A stretch of DNA of 64,000 nt from Gracilibacter sp. BRH_c7a (GCA_001516055.1 LOEZ01000080.1:81091-145090), one strand, 5' to 3'. Shown: positions 50,970 to 60,813, counted from the first letter of the stretch. Notes: generated from the letters alone by a model not told the origin. A program made the numbers and translations.

Positions 50970-51963
50970 TCAAACTCAAGATACTCCCCAAACCATAAGA
51001 AAAATGCAATACAGGAAATACTGGCACCAAACAAAGAGAGAAGAGCATACCTCTCTTTTTCTTTAACCCTTCATAAAGGGAGACCATGATGATGGGAAGC
51101 AAATACGCCAGTAGATATAATCCGAAAAGTTTAAAAGTCCAGAAAAACCCGACTAGGAGAAGAAGAAAGAATCCGATCACGAAAGCGGCTGGGATAAACC
51201 GTCTTATACTGGGAATGATTTTATGTTTCTGACAAAACTTATAGGCCCAAAACCCGTAGCGAAAGTATTGTTTCCAAAGCAGGTTGAGATTTTTGCGAGA
51301 AAAATATGTAAGTACTATTTTTGGATTCAGCACTACTCTATAGCCTTTTTCACGAGCTCGATAATTAAGATCATAGTCCTCATCGAAAAGAAGAGATTCA
51401 TCATACCCCCCCAAGTCTTCCCAAAGAGCCTTAGAGAAAGCACCAAACGGGACTGTATCGACATCCAGAGGTTTTACCACATCCGATCCTAAAGTTCGAT
51501 ACGCTGCATTTCCAACTCCCAGCGGGTGACGGACAGCTAGAGAGATCGCTCTTGCTATACACGTTTCTTCACCAGGATAAATAATAATCCTGCCTCCGGC
51601 GATTCCTTGGTATTCAATCTCCTCCAGAGTATTTACAGTCTCTAAGACATAATCATCCGGGACGTAGGTATGCGCATCGGTTCGGACGATGATATCAGAA
51701 GAAGCATGAAGACAAGCCATATTTAAGGATACGGGAATATGTTTTTGGGGGTTGTACAAAATTTGCAAAGAACGATTCGGAGGGAGGGTAGGGATGATTT
51801 CCTTCATGATAGCTGCCGTTCTGTCTGTTGAGCCCCCATCTACGACTACAATCTCCAAGTTGCCGCTCCATTTTTGATTAACCACTTTATTAACAGCATC
51901 TCTGATATGTTTCTCTTCATTATAAGCAGGCATGATAACGGTCACATTATCTTTATTTAACAT
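50956..51963 (-). CDS. Glycosyltransferase family 2 with C-terminal TM helices
   Basis: VTVIMPAYNEEKHI, DGGSTD and TDAH motifs. AAAGGAG RBS. Confidence 0.82.
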   Translation of the reverse strand: MLNKDNVTVIMPAYNEEKHIRDAVNKVVNQKWSGNLEIVVVDGGSTDRTAAIMKEIIPTLPPNRSLQILYNPQKHIPVSLNMACLHASSDIIVRTDAHTYVPDDYVLETVNTLEEIEYQGIAGGRIIIYPGEETCIARAISLAVRHPLGVGNAAYRTLGSDVVKPLDVDTVPFGAFSKALWEDLGGYDESLLFDEDYDLNYRAREKGYRVVLNPKIVLTYFSRKNLNLLWKQYFRYGFWAYKFCQKHKIIPSIRRFIPAAFVIGFFLLLLVGFFWTFKLFGLYLLAYLLPIIMVSLYEGLKKKRGMLFSLCLVPVFPVLHFSYGLGSILSLIKRK

Positions 51964-51983
51964 CGGAAGCTCCTTTGAACAGA

Positions 51984-53135
51984 TTATTGAGCAGATACTA
52001 AGTGGTTAACAATTTTTCCGCCGGCATCCCCGTCGCCATATAAGGCAATAGAGAAATCTAGTTTATCCTTACTGAACGCTTGCTCCGCGTTTAAGATAAG
52101 TTCGGGATTGGCACCCACAAGTTTGTTAAACCCATGGTTCACCAACTCCACCCATTCAGTTTCTTCTCTGAGGGTAATACAGGGCTTATGAAAGAAATAC
52201 GCTTCTTTCTGAACTCCGCCGCTGTCTGTGAATACACCATGACAACTGCTTAGTAGAGTAATCATATCGAAATACCCAATCGGGTCGATCAGATGAATGT
52301 TACGCACCTTAATTCCATAATCACTTATCATCTTTTTTGTCCGGGGATGGATAGGTAGAATTACCGGTTTATTTATGGATATCTTATCTAACGAATCCAA
52401 AATACCACCAAGCCTGGCCCGGTCATCCGTATTCTCAGCCCGATGAACAGTGGCCAGATAAAAGCCTTGAGCATAATCGTTGAGAAGGTTAGCCACCATT
52501 TCACTTGGTTTAGCAATATTTTTGTAATACAGAGCAGCATCATACATCACATCACCGACATTTAAGACCCTAAAGTTATTAGAGTTATTAGAGTGATTAA
52601 ACTGACTAGAATTATTAGACTGACTAGAATCACTAGAGATACCTTCGCTTCTTAGATTCGCGACTGCGACCTCTGTCGGACAGAAAAGCCAATTGGAAAT
52701 CCGATCCGTTAAGATCCGGTTGATCTCTTCAGGCATTTTCATATTGAAAGAACGAAGTCCGGCTTCCACATGAGCTACAGGAACATGAATCTTCACAGCA
52801 GCCAGAGCACCAGCCAGAGTAGAGTTCGTATCCCCATAAACGAGCAGAACATCTGGTTTCTCCTTAATTAATACATCTTCGATGCCCTCCAGCATCTTAC
52901 CCGTCATACTCCCATGAGAGCCTCCCCCGATTCCCAGGTTATAGTTAGGTACAGGAATCCGCATTTCCTGAAAGAAGACATCCGACATATTACTATCATA
53001 GTGCTGGCCAGTATGAACAAGCACCTCTACTATTTGATTAGCAGGATTTTTTTCATTATAGGAACTTATAGCCCTGGAGACCACAGCAGCCTTTACGAAC
53101 TGAGGGCGAGCTCCGATGATGGTAAGTATCTTCAC
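51984..53135 (-). CDS. UDP-N-acetylglucosamine 2-epimerase (non-hydrolysing, WecB/WbpI family) with S/N-rich insertion
   Basis: MKILTIIGARPQFVK, HTGQHYD, HVEAGLRS and GGVQKEA motifs. GTG start overlaps the upstream stop (GTGA). There is a 22-aa insert SSDSSQSNNSSQFNHSNNSNNF. Confidence 0.88.
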   Translation of the reverse strand: MKILTIIGARPQFVKAAVVSRAISSYNEKNPANQIVEVLVHTGQHYDSNMSDVFFQEMRIPVPNYNLGIGGGSHGSMTGKMLEGIEDVLIKEKPDVLLVYGDTNSTLAGALAAVKIHVPVAHVEAGLRSFNMKMPEEINRILTDRISNWLFCPTEVAVANLRSEGISSDSSQSNNSSQFNHSNNSNNFRVLNVGDVMYDAALYYKNIAKPSEMVANLLNDYAQGFYLATVHRAENTDDRARLGGILDSLDKISINKPVILPIHPRTKKMISDYGIKVRNIHLIDPIGYFDMITLLSSCHGVFTDSGGVQKEAYFFHKPCITLREETEWVELVNHGFNKLVGANPELILNAEQAFSKDKLDFSIALYGDGDAGGKIVNHLVSAQ

Positions 53136-54235
53136 GCTTCTAACTCCTTATATACCGAAATGAGAACTTTGGATTCTACTTCCCAGTTATACTTATTCAG
53201 AACAGCTTGGTATCCGTTTTCACCCATCGCATTCGCCTCTTCCGGATGATCGAGGATATACTGAATTGCTTGGGCGATATCATCTTTAGAGAGAGGGTCT
53301 ACGCATAATCCACAGGAATTGCCCTCGATAATCTCTTTCCACAACGGAAAATCAGAGCCGATAAGGGGCAGTTTTGCCGACATATATTCAAACATTTTAT
53401 TCGGCTGAGCATCAATGTGATTGGGAGCGGGATGCAGTAAGATAAGACCGGCCATCGCTCGAGCGAAGGTCTCTGCTACAGTTTTTCGATCCAGCTGCCC
53501 CAATTCCTCCACCTGCGACCATCCTGCAAGCTTGATAATCTCTTCTCGCAGTTCTTGAGGTGAGAATTTTCCGCCAAGAAGAAGCTTAGCGTCAGTTTTT
53601 CCCGCAGCTTCGACCATCTCTGTAATACCACGTATTTTGGTAATACTTCCCACATAGGTAACAGCGCTTTCTTTCTGCTGCAAGTCTATCTCCGGAACTT
53701 CAAGTTCATGAAGGATTGGATAATTATTCACCACTTCTACGTGGGGGACCAGGCGTTGGAAACGCATCTTTATGAAAGGTGTGGCGGTGATGATATAGCT
53801 CATTTTTTTGGAAGCATAATTCTCCAATACCTCAAATGACTTAGAAATCAGCATCCTGAGCGGCGCAGGAATCCAACTCTTAGTCAATATATCCCTGGGA
53901 ACATCTTCATGAACATCATAGATTACTTTCTTGCCCGATCTACGCAAAAGTAAGGCAGCAGGGATAAGTTCAGGATCATGAAAATGATAGATATCTGCGT
54001 TAAGTGATTTGGCCTTTTGGAAGACATTCCACATCGTCTTCGTCATCCGGGTAAGGCGCCCACCTTCTGACCGAGGAGAGCTATGTAAAAAAACACCGTT
54101 TTCAATTTCATTTTCAGGTGCGTCCGGTGCTACCAGATGGACCTCGTATCCTTCGGCAGCTAATGTACTGCATTCTTTTAATAAGATTCTGGTATCTCTA
54201 TAGGGATGCACTGAAATAAAGTGACAAATTTTCAT
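53132..54235 (-). CDS. Glycosyltransferase family 4
   Basis: MKICHFISVHP start (ATG 54235); the track GTG 54250 lies inside the RBS. The C-terminal region matches the GT-B EX7E pattern (NKMFEYMSAKLP). Confidence 0.78.
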   Translation of the reverse strand: MKICHFISVHPYRDTRILLKECSTLAAEGYEVHLVAPDAPENEIENGVFLHSSPRSEGGRLTRMTKTMWNVFQKAKSLNADIYHFHDPELIPAALLLRRSGKKVIYDVHEDVPRDILTKSWIPAPLRMLISKSFEVLENYASKKMSYIITATPFIKMRFQRLVPHVEVVNNYPILHELEVPEIDLQQKESAVTYVGSITKIRGITEMVEAAGKTDAKLLLGGKFSPQELREEIIKLAGWSQVEELGQLDRKTVAETFARAMAGLILLHPAPNHIDAQPNKMFEYMSAKLPLIGSDFPLWKEIIEGNSCGLCVDPLSKDDIAQAIQYILDHPEEANAMGENGYQAVLNKYNWEVESKVLISVYKELEA

Positions 54236-54267
54236 GCAAATATGAAGCACCTTTCGTTATCGTATAT

Positions 54268-55533
54268 CTAAAAATAGGTTAGACCTTTTTTGCGTCGGGC
54301 TAAATCGGCGTACATGATTCCACAGAGAAGAGCATAAATCACGTTAATCCGAGGCTCTTGGGAAGGGACATTGGTTAAAGCACTTATAAAGATAAAGGCA
54401 CTGAACAACAGTAAACTCCGAGCAGAAATTATTTTCCTATGCCACAGAGCAGTTAGCGCCGGGATGCCCAGCCAAAGAAGGTAGAGGAATAATCCAGGAA
54501 ATCCATAGCGCCAGGTCATCAGCACATAATCACTCTCAGCAAAAATGTTATTGGCATAGAAGTATTCCTTATTGGGACCGTAACCAATCCAGGGAGAATC
54601 TTTAATCATGATCCATAAATGCTCCCATATTTCCACGCGACCCATTATCGAAGCATTTTCAGTCAGTTTATCGGTCCATAACGATGAGATATAGGTGATA
54701 TTCAAGAGTTGAACTAAGACGATGAGAGAAGCACCGAGTAAAGCAAATCCTATTAGTGCCTTAGGCGAAGCTTTCGATATAATGAAATACAGTCCAAATA
54801 CACCGATGATGGCTATAAAAGCGGTCCTGGAACCTGTCATCAGCAGTAACAATAAAGCCGTACTCGCGAGAAAAGCACTGAAGTAGCGGCCTTCTTTTCT
54901 CTGTACCGCCTGGTTGATAAAAACGATACTGAAAAAGCCCATGATGATTGCATTATCATTCGGATTTCCCATCGAACCCAGTAGCCGTTTAACATCCGGG
55001 AGACCAACACTGTTAAGCCCAAATCTTGCTAATTGATGTTCCCCCGCATAGAAAGGCATAACAACCTGGTTAAAATTCAATAATCCGTAATAGTGCATCA
55101 GATTAAAGAATACAACTCCGTAGAAAACAAGCCGTAAAAAGTGGTATCCGTTCCCTTCATAAAAACCTTGATCCTTAAATGTTAGATAGAAGAAAACCAC
55201 CACAATAATGAATTTAAACATCTTATAATATTCAAAATAGTCACTAATAACAGTCAGTCTTCCATTAGCTAGTTGGGTAACTAACATCCATATGATGAGG
55301 ATAGAGATTACAAAAACATATTCCCTAACTCTAATGTTTAAGTTCCAAGGATAAACCAGAAGCATGGAAAGAAGCATGAGATATACAAAAAGATCATCTA
55401 ATCTGACTTGTGGGGCACCACTATAAAGCTCAAAGCCCGGTAGAATGAAGATACTTAATATAAAGCCGAGCGCAATAAATTGAAAGATGCCTATAGACTG
55501 CTGACGTGGCTCTAAAGCCAAAGAATTAAGCAA
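54268..55533 (-). CDS. Second O-antigen polymerase/ligase-like membrane protein (Wzy family)
   Basis: 421 aa, more than 10 TM helices, GSRTAF loop motif. TTG start behind AAAGGAGGGG. Confidence 0.68.
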   Translation of the reverse strand: MLNSLALEPRQQSIGIFQFIALGFILSIFILPGFELYSGAPQVRLDDLFVYLMLLSMLLVYPWNLNIRVREYVFVISILIIWMLVTQLANGRLTVISDYFEYYKMFKFIIVVVFFYLTFKDQGFYEGNGYHFLRLVFYGVVFFNLMHYYGLLNFNQVVMPFYAGEHQLARFGLNSVGLPDVKRLLGSMGNPNDNAIIMGFFSIVFINQAVQRKEGRYFSAFLASTALLLLLMTGSRTAFIAIIGVFGLYFIISKASPKALIGFALLGASLIVLVQLLNITYISSLWTDKLTENASIMGRVEIWEHLWIMIKDSPWIGYGPNKEYFYANNIFAESDYVLMTWRYGFPGLFLYLLWLGIPALTALWHRKIISARSLLLFSAFIFISALTNVPSQEPRINVIYALLCGIMYADLARRKKGLTYF

Positions 55534-55577
55534 CGGTTGCCCCTCCTTTCCTTTACCTTAGTGATCTCAGAAGGAAA

Positions 55578-56198
55578 CTAGCGTACTTTCCTCAATTCAG
55601 GGTTCCTAGCAAATTCTAATAAGAAAGCCAAAAGGACAGAAGAGAGAAGCCCCAGTATTCCTGATAAAATAACTTTAGCCATTTTACCGGCAGAAGATAA
55701 TGGCGAAGTTGGGATGACCGCAGGATCTACAAGTAGCGCGACATCACCTTTTTCGATTTCTGCTAAACGTTCGATAATGGTATCGGCGGTAATATTACAG
55801 ATTTCTGCAGCTTTTTCAGGATTACGATGTCGGAACTTAACATCCAGAATCTGTGTTTCAGGAACTTTGGAGACTTGCAGGCCTGAGAGAATCATACCTG
55901 CAGAAGTTTTTTCAGGAAGCTGAACGGCGACCCTTTCAGCGATAATTCCGGTTTTAGCGATATTCATGTAGGTATCGACTAAATCCTTATTTGCCTGTTG
56001 TAGATAAAAGTATTCCCGACCAACTTCATCTCCCACTCGTTTACCAACAGCAATCTTAGCTCTCGCCTCATAAATAGGTTCATTATCCTTGAAAACATAG
56101 ATTGAACTAAGGGCAACAGCAATGATTGGAATTATGAGAATGAGTATCCAGCGTTTGCGAATAATTGCAAAATAATCGAACAATGTAATATCTCCCAT
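55578..56198 (-). CDS. Polysaccharide chain-length determinant (Wzz/PCP-2b-like, CapA/YveK type)
   Basis: 206 aa. N- and C-terminal TM helices flank a soluble domain. Typical start DITLFDYFAIIRKRW. GGAGGAAAAG RBS. Confidence 0.75.
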   Translation of the reverse strand: MGDITLFDYFAIIRKRWILILIIPIIAVALSSIYVFKDNEPIYEARAKIAVGKRVGDEVGREYFYLQQANKDLVDTYMNIAKTGIIAERVAVQLPEKTSAGMILSGLQVSKVPETQILDVKFRHRNPEKAAEICNITADTIIERLAEIEKGDVALLVDPAVIPTSPLSSAGKMAKVILSGILGLLSSVLLAFLLEFARNPELRKVR

Positions 56199-56271
56199 GT
56201 TCTTTTCCTCCGATCTTTTCCCTTATGACAAATAATTGTACCATTCTTCAGTTTACAACATAACATACTGC

Positions 56272-56359
56272 TTGACAACTTCAGTTCAGACGGTTAGATA
56301 ACTTAAATATGCCCATATCTAACTCAAGCTTTGCAAAAAAAAGTTCTTAATAGTAAAAT
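56272..56359 (+). promoter_or_regulatory. Two candidate sigma-A promoters with an intervening hairpin, upstream of the aminotransferase/sugar-transferase operon
   Basis: TTGACA-17-TAGATA (56272-56300) and TTGCAA-17-TAAAAT (56331-56359). An 8-bp inverted repeat GTTAGATA/TATCTAAC lies at 56293-56323. Confidence 0.35.
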
Positions 56360-56435
56360 GGATTATATTACTTAATCAAGGAAAAAATGCTATCCTATAT
56401 ACATGCTAATTTTGCTTTAGGAAAGGATGATATCC

Positions 56436-57599
56436 ATGGGTGATAATCGGAGAACAGAGTTTCTTCCGTATGCCATCCCCCTAATTGAACAGGATGATAT
56501 AGATGCAGTGGTGGATAGCCTGAGATCCAACTGGGTTACGAAGGGCCCCAAAACTGTAGAATTTGAGAAAAGGTTTGCAGAGTTCGTTGGTTCCAAACAT
56601 GCGATAGCAGTAAACTCCTGTACAGCAGGATTACATACGGCCTTGGTTGCTGCCGGAATTGGGGATGGAGATGAAGTGATTACTACCCCCATGACCTTTG
56701 CTGCTTCAGCCAATGTTGTGATTCATGCCGGAGCAACTCCCGTATTTGTGGATATTGACCCTGTAACCATGAATATTGACTATACCAAGATTGAAGAGAA
56801 GATCACCCCAAGGACAAAGGCGATTATTCCAGTACATATTGCAGGACTGCCCTGTCAGATGGATGAGATTTTAGATATAGCACGTAAACATAATCTTTTT
56901 GTTTTAGATGATGCAGCGCATGGGGTCTATACTCAGTATAAAGGGAAAATGATCGGTTCGATCGGCGATGCGACAGCGTTTTCCTTCTATGCTACTAAGA
57001 ATCTTGTGACAGGAGAAGGTGGGATGATTACCACCAATAATGATGAACTCGCTGATAGGATGCGGGTTTACAGCCTGCACGGCATGAGTCGCAATGCCTG
57101 GAATCGTTATTCAACCGAAGGTTCTTGGTTTTATGAGATCAATTACCCAGGCTATAAATACAATATGACCGATATCCAAGCAGCCCTTGGCATGACCCAG
57201 CTGGCAAAGCTTGATTCTATGCAGACTCGAAGAGAGCTTATTGCGAAACGCTATCAAGAAGCTTTCTCCAGGCTGAGTGAGATCGAAGTCCCTGCCGATA
57301 GAGATTATGCCCGACATGCTTGGCATCTGTATATCATAAAGTTGAATCTGGAAAAAATATCTATTAATAGATCCGAGTTTATTGAGCAGCTTAAAGCAGA
57401 AAACATCGGAACCAGCGTACATTTTATCCCTGTTCATCTTCATCCTTACTATCGAGAAACCTATGGGTATAAACGTGGTGATCTGCCTCAGGCAGAAGCC
57501 GTCTTTGATCGAATTGTTTCTCTCCCTCTCTTCCCGAAGATGAGCGATCAAGATGTTGAAGATGTTATCGCTGCTGTCCAGCGAATCATAGAAATCTAA
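56436..57599 (+). CDS. DegT-family PLP aminotransferase (PglE/EpsN-like)
   Basis: FLPYAIPLIEQDDIDAV N-terminus and FSFYATKNLVTGEGG (PLP lysine). ATG 56436 is 8 nt after AGGAAAGGA. Confidence 0.88.
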   Translation: MGDNRRTEFLPYAIPLIEQDDIDAVVDSLRSNWVTKGPKTVEFEKRFAEFVGSKHAIAVNSCTAGLHTALVAAGIGDGDEVITTPMTFAASANVVIHAGATPVFVDIDPVTMNIDYTKIEEKITPRTKAIIPVHIAGLPCQMDEILDIARKHNLFVLDDAAHGVYTQYKGKMIGSIGDATAFSFYATKNLVTGEGGMITTNNDELADRMRVYSLHGMSRNAWNRYSTEGSWFYEINYPGYKYNMTDIQAALGMTQLAKLDSMQTRRELIAKRYQEAFSRLSEIEVPADRDYARHAWHLYIIKLNLEKISINRSEFIEQLKAENIGTSVHFIPVHLHPYYRETYGYKRGDLPQAEAVFDRIVSLPLFPKMSDQDVEDVIAAVQRIIEI

Positions 57600-57618
57600 A
57601 TTCTGTTATCTGGAGTGT

Positions 57619-58236
57619 TTGTTTTTGTTTGCGAAACGTCTTTTGGATCTTCTCATAGCCATACCCCTTCTTATTGTCATATCACCACTATGGATTTTTA
57701 TCGTTCTATGGATTAAAGTGGACTCTCCTGGCTCCGCCATCTTTCGTCAGCAAAGAGTAGGACGCAAAGGAGATCTATTTACCATTTATAAGTTTCGGAC
57801 TATGGTACCGAATGCGGAGGGGGTTATGAAGGCCAAGATTGAACAGCTGAAGCAAGAAGGTAAGTTCGACCCGGACAACTTTGTCTTTCAGGAGAAGAAT
57901 GACCCCCGTATTACCAACAGCGGCAGATTCTTAAGAAAGACAAGCCTGGATGAATTGCCTCAGCTATTGAATATCATTAATGGAAGTATGAGCCTTGTCG
58001 GTCCACGCCCGGAAGTGCCAGAGATCGTCGATAAATATACACCAGAACAGCGTAGCAGATTGAACATGCCCCCGGGAGTAACCGGACTGGCGCAAATTAA
58101 CGGAAGAAGTGACTTGCCTCTTACCCAGACTCTCAATTATGATATGCAATATGTAAAGGACTGGTCTATCTGGCTTGATGTTAAGATCCTTTGGAAGACA
58201 TTCTTTGTAGTGTTTACCGGGAAGGATGCGTATTAA
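57619..58236 (+). CDS. Undecaprenyl-phosphate sugar phosphotransferase (small PglC/WcaJ-C-terminal type, initiating enzyme)
   Basis: One N-terminal re-entrant helix. Motifs KFRTM, DELPQLLN, SLVGPRP and PGVTGLAQ. Confidence 0.88.
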   Translation: MFLFAKRLLDLLIAIPLLIVISPLWIFIVLWIKVDSPGSAIFRQQRVGRKGDLFTIYKFRTMVPNAEGVMKAKIEQLKQEGKFDPDNFVFQEKNDPRITNSGRFLRKTSLDELPQLLNIINGSMSLVGPRPEVPEIVDKYTPEQRSRLNMPPGVTGLAQINGRSDLPLTQTLNYDMQYVKDWSIWLDVKILWKTFFVVFTGKDAY

Positions 58237-58237
58237 G

Positions 58238-59725
58238 TTGTTATTCAATTCGGCTACATTCTTAATGTTTTTCCCATTCGTTTCATTAGTGTATTTCTTA
58301 ATTCCGCATAGAGTTCGTTGGGCATGGCTGCTGCTAAGTAGTTATGTTTTCTATATGTCTTGGAACCCCAAATACGCTATCTTGTTAGCCACATCCACTC
58401 TGATTACGTATGCTAGCGGCATATTAATAGCTAAAGCGAATGAATTAAGAGATAGAGAAAAAGCTACACGAATGAAGAAAACTTGGGTAGCTTTAAGTCT
58501 GCTGTCTAATCTAGGGATACTTGTTCTCTTTAAATATATAGATTTTTTTGGTACCAACCTGATTAGGCTGTCTCTATGGCTTGATTTAGCCATTCCAATA
58601 CCTAACTTTAATATATTGCTTCCGATTGGAATTTCGTTTTATACCTTTAAAGCTCTCAGTTATACCATTGATGTTTACCGGAACGACGTAGAACCCGAGA
58701 CACATCTCGGAAGATATGCCTTATTTGTATCATTCTTTCCCCAATTAGTTGCAGGACCAATCGAAAAATCCAAGACCTTTCTCCACCAGTTCCAAGAAGA
58801 GCATTTCTTTGATTATACAAGAGTGAGAGATGGTCTTTTATTAATGCTATGGGGATTTTTCCAGAAAGTTGTCGTCGCTGATAGATTAGCAATCTTGGTT
58901 AATACGGTATATAACGACCCCGCTTCTTATAGAGGATTTGCGATTGTTATCGCTACTGTATTTTTTGCCTTGCAAATCTATTGTGATTTCAATTCATATT
59001 CGGATATTGCAAGAGGTTGTGCGCAAGTTATGGGGTTTAGATCTTCAAGGAATTTCGGACAACCTTACCTATCCAGATCGATAAGAGAATTCTGGGCAAA
59101 CTGGCATATTACCCTCTGCAGCTGGTTCAAGGATTATCTCTATATCCCGCTTGGTGGGAACCGCTGTAGTAAGCTTAGAAGTTATTTTAATATATTCGTT
59201 GTGTTTGTAGTCAGTGGTATATGGCATGGTGCAACAATAAACTTCCTCATTTGGGGCGGATTGCATGGATTATACCGTGTTGGGGAAGATTTACTCCGAC
59301 CTCTGAAAGACAAGCTTGTCAGACTTTTAAACATCAGAACTGAGACCTTAAGTATGAACCTGTTCCAAGGATTCCTGACTTTTTCCTTGGTTTGTTTTGC
59401 TTGGATCTTTTTTAGAGCCAATACCTTTTCCGAAGCGGTTCTATTACTAAATAATATGCTTTACTTTAACCCGGAGATTTTTACCCGCGGCTTGATTTTC
59501 GAACTGGGACTAGATTGGAAAGAATTCATCGTCGCTCTCCTCGGAATCTTCATTATCATCTTGGGCAACATCATGCAACGCACAAAACGTTTTGGGTTTG
59601 ACATTAGCGAATACCATATTGGTTTCCGATGGACTATTTACGTTACCGCAATAGTGTTTATCTTGGTTTTCGGAATCTATGGGCCGGATTTTGATGCTCA
59701 GCAGTTTATTTACTTACAATTTTGA
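58238..59725 (+). CDS. MBOAT-family membrane O-acyltransferase (AlgI/DltB/PatA-like)
   Basis: TTG 58238 gives the canonical (M)LFNSATFLMFF start. The conserved FWANWHITL and SGIWHG histidine motifs are present. Confidence 0.85.
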   Translation: MLFNSATFLMFFPFVSLVYFLIPHRVRWAWLLLSSYVFYMSWNPKYAILLATSTLITYASGILIAKANELRDREKATRMKKTWVALSLLSNLGILVLFKYIDFFGTNLIRLSLWLDLAIPIPNFNILLPIGISFYTFKALSYTIDVYRNDVEPETHLGRYALFVSFFPQLVAGPIEKSKTFLHQFQEEHFFDYTRVRDGLLLMLWGFFQKVVVADRLAILVNTVYNDPASYRGFAIVIATVFFALQIYCDFNSYSDIARGCAQVMGFRSSRNFGQPYLSRSIREFWANWHITLCSWFKDYLYIPLGGNRCSKLRSYFNIFVVFVVSGIWHGATINFLIWGGLHGLYRVGEDLLRPLKDKLVRLLNIRTETLSMNLFQGFLTFSLVCFAWIFFRANTFSEAVLLLNNMLYFNPEIFTRGLIFELGLDWKEFIVALLGIFIIILGNIMQRTKRFGFDISEYHIGFRWTIYVTAIVFILVFGIYGPDFDAQQFIYLQF

Positions 59726-59733
59726 GGGATATT

Positions 59734-60702
59734 ATGATTAAAAAAGCACTAATTAAAAGTATATTACTGCTCACCCTGCTCGGGCTTATTCTTTCTGTCC
59801 TTAATCCTATTTTTATACTAAAAGAGGGTCATCGCAACAAGCTATATCAAGGATTATACGAACATCAAGGAGACAGTTTAGATGTAGTATTCTTAGGTTC
59901 AAGTCATATGATTAACTCATTCAATCCGAATATTCTTTGGGATAAATATGGTTTTACCAGCTTTAACTACGGTACTGGGGGAGAACCAATTGATGTCACC
60001 TATTATCTTCTGAAAGAAGTACTCAAGTTCCATGATAATCCCATAGTAGTAATTGATTTATATTACTTGGGTCTGACAGATGAATACGGCAATGAAGAGT
60101 ATGTGCGTTATGTTCTTGATAATATGAAGATGTCGGTTAATAAAATCGATGCTATCTTCCATACTACACCCAGCCATAATCGTCTGAGCTTTCTATTGCC
60201 TATCCTAAAATACCATGGACGTTGGAAGGAGTTATCCGAACAAGATTTCAAGTTCGACGTTTTTAGTACCTATTATGCTAAGGGGTATAGTGCCGGAGAG
60301 AATATTTACGGTAAAAACAATACCTTTTCCAATCACACAAAGGAAACAGCAGAAATCCCTCCTAAAGCAAAACTATATCTCGATAAGATAATAGAGCTTT
60401 CCAAAGAAGAAGGATTTGAACTTATCTTCACCCTTGCTCCCCATGACTATAACAGCACTTTAGAAATACCATCCTGGCACCCAGAACCTGCAAAGATGTT
60501 TAACCAGGTGGCCGAAATCGCCGAAGACAACAATATCCCTTTTATCAACTACAACAATCTATTTGATGACTTAGACTTCGACTTCAAGACCGATATGTAT
60601 AATGCAGGACATATGAATATCTGGGGCTCCAACAAAATCAACGCCCACTTCGGAGAATTCCTCCATAACAACTACCACCTACCTGACCACCGCAAAAAGT
60701 AA
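59734..60702 (+). CDS. Extracytoplasmic partner of the MBOAT (DltD/AlgJ/SGNH-like acyl-transfer protein)
   Basis: N-terminal anchor, FLGSSHM (Ser-His block) and NAGHMN motifs. Translationally coupled to the MBOAT gene. Confidence 0.65.
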   Translation: MIKKALIKSILLLTLLGLILSVLNPIFILKEGHRNKLYQGLYEHQGDSLDVVFLGSSHMINSFNPNILWDKYGFTSFNYGTGGEPIDVTYYLLKEVLKFHDNPIVVIDLYYLGLTDEYGNEEYVRYVLDNMKMSVNKIDAIFHTTPSHNRLSFLLPILKYHGRWKELSEQDFKFDVFSTYYAKGYSAGENIYGKNNTFSNHTKETAEIPPKAKLYLDKIIELSKEEGFELIFTLAPHDYNSTLEIPSWHPEPAKMFNQVAEIAEDNNIPFINYNNLFDDLDFDFKTDMYNAGHMNIWGSNKINAHFGEFLHNNYHLPDHRKK

Positions 60703-60707
60703 AGCCA

Positions 60708-60799
60708 GTAAAGTCAGGGACGGTTCTTTACTTTACTTTTTTTATCTGAACTGCTTATTGAAAGCAGTTATTCTTTTAAAGTTAGGGACGGTTCTTTAC
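60708..60799 (+). repeat. Hairpin repeat locus 4 (two forward copies inside a tandemly duplicated ~70-nt module)
   Basis: GTAAAGTCAGGGACGGTTCTTTAC (60708-60731) and TAAAGTTAGGGACGGTTCTTTAC (60777-60799). Each is followed by a CTGAA(C/T)TGCTT...AGCAGTT hairpin. Confidence 0.85.
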
Positions 60800-60813
60800 T
60801 TTAATTTTCACTG

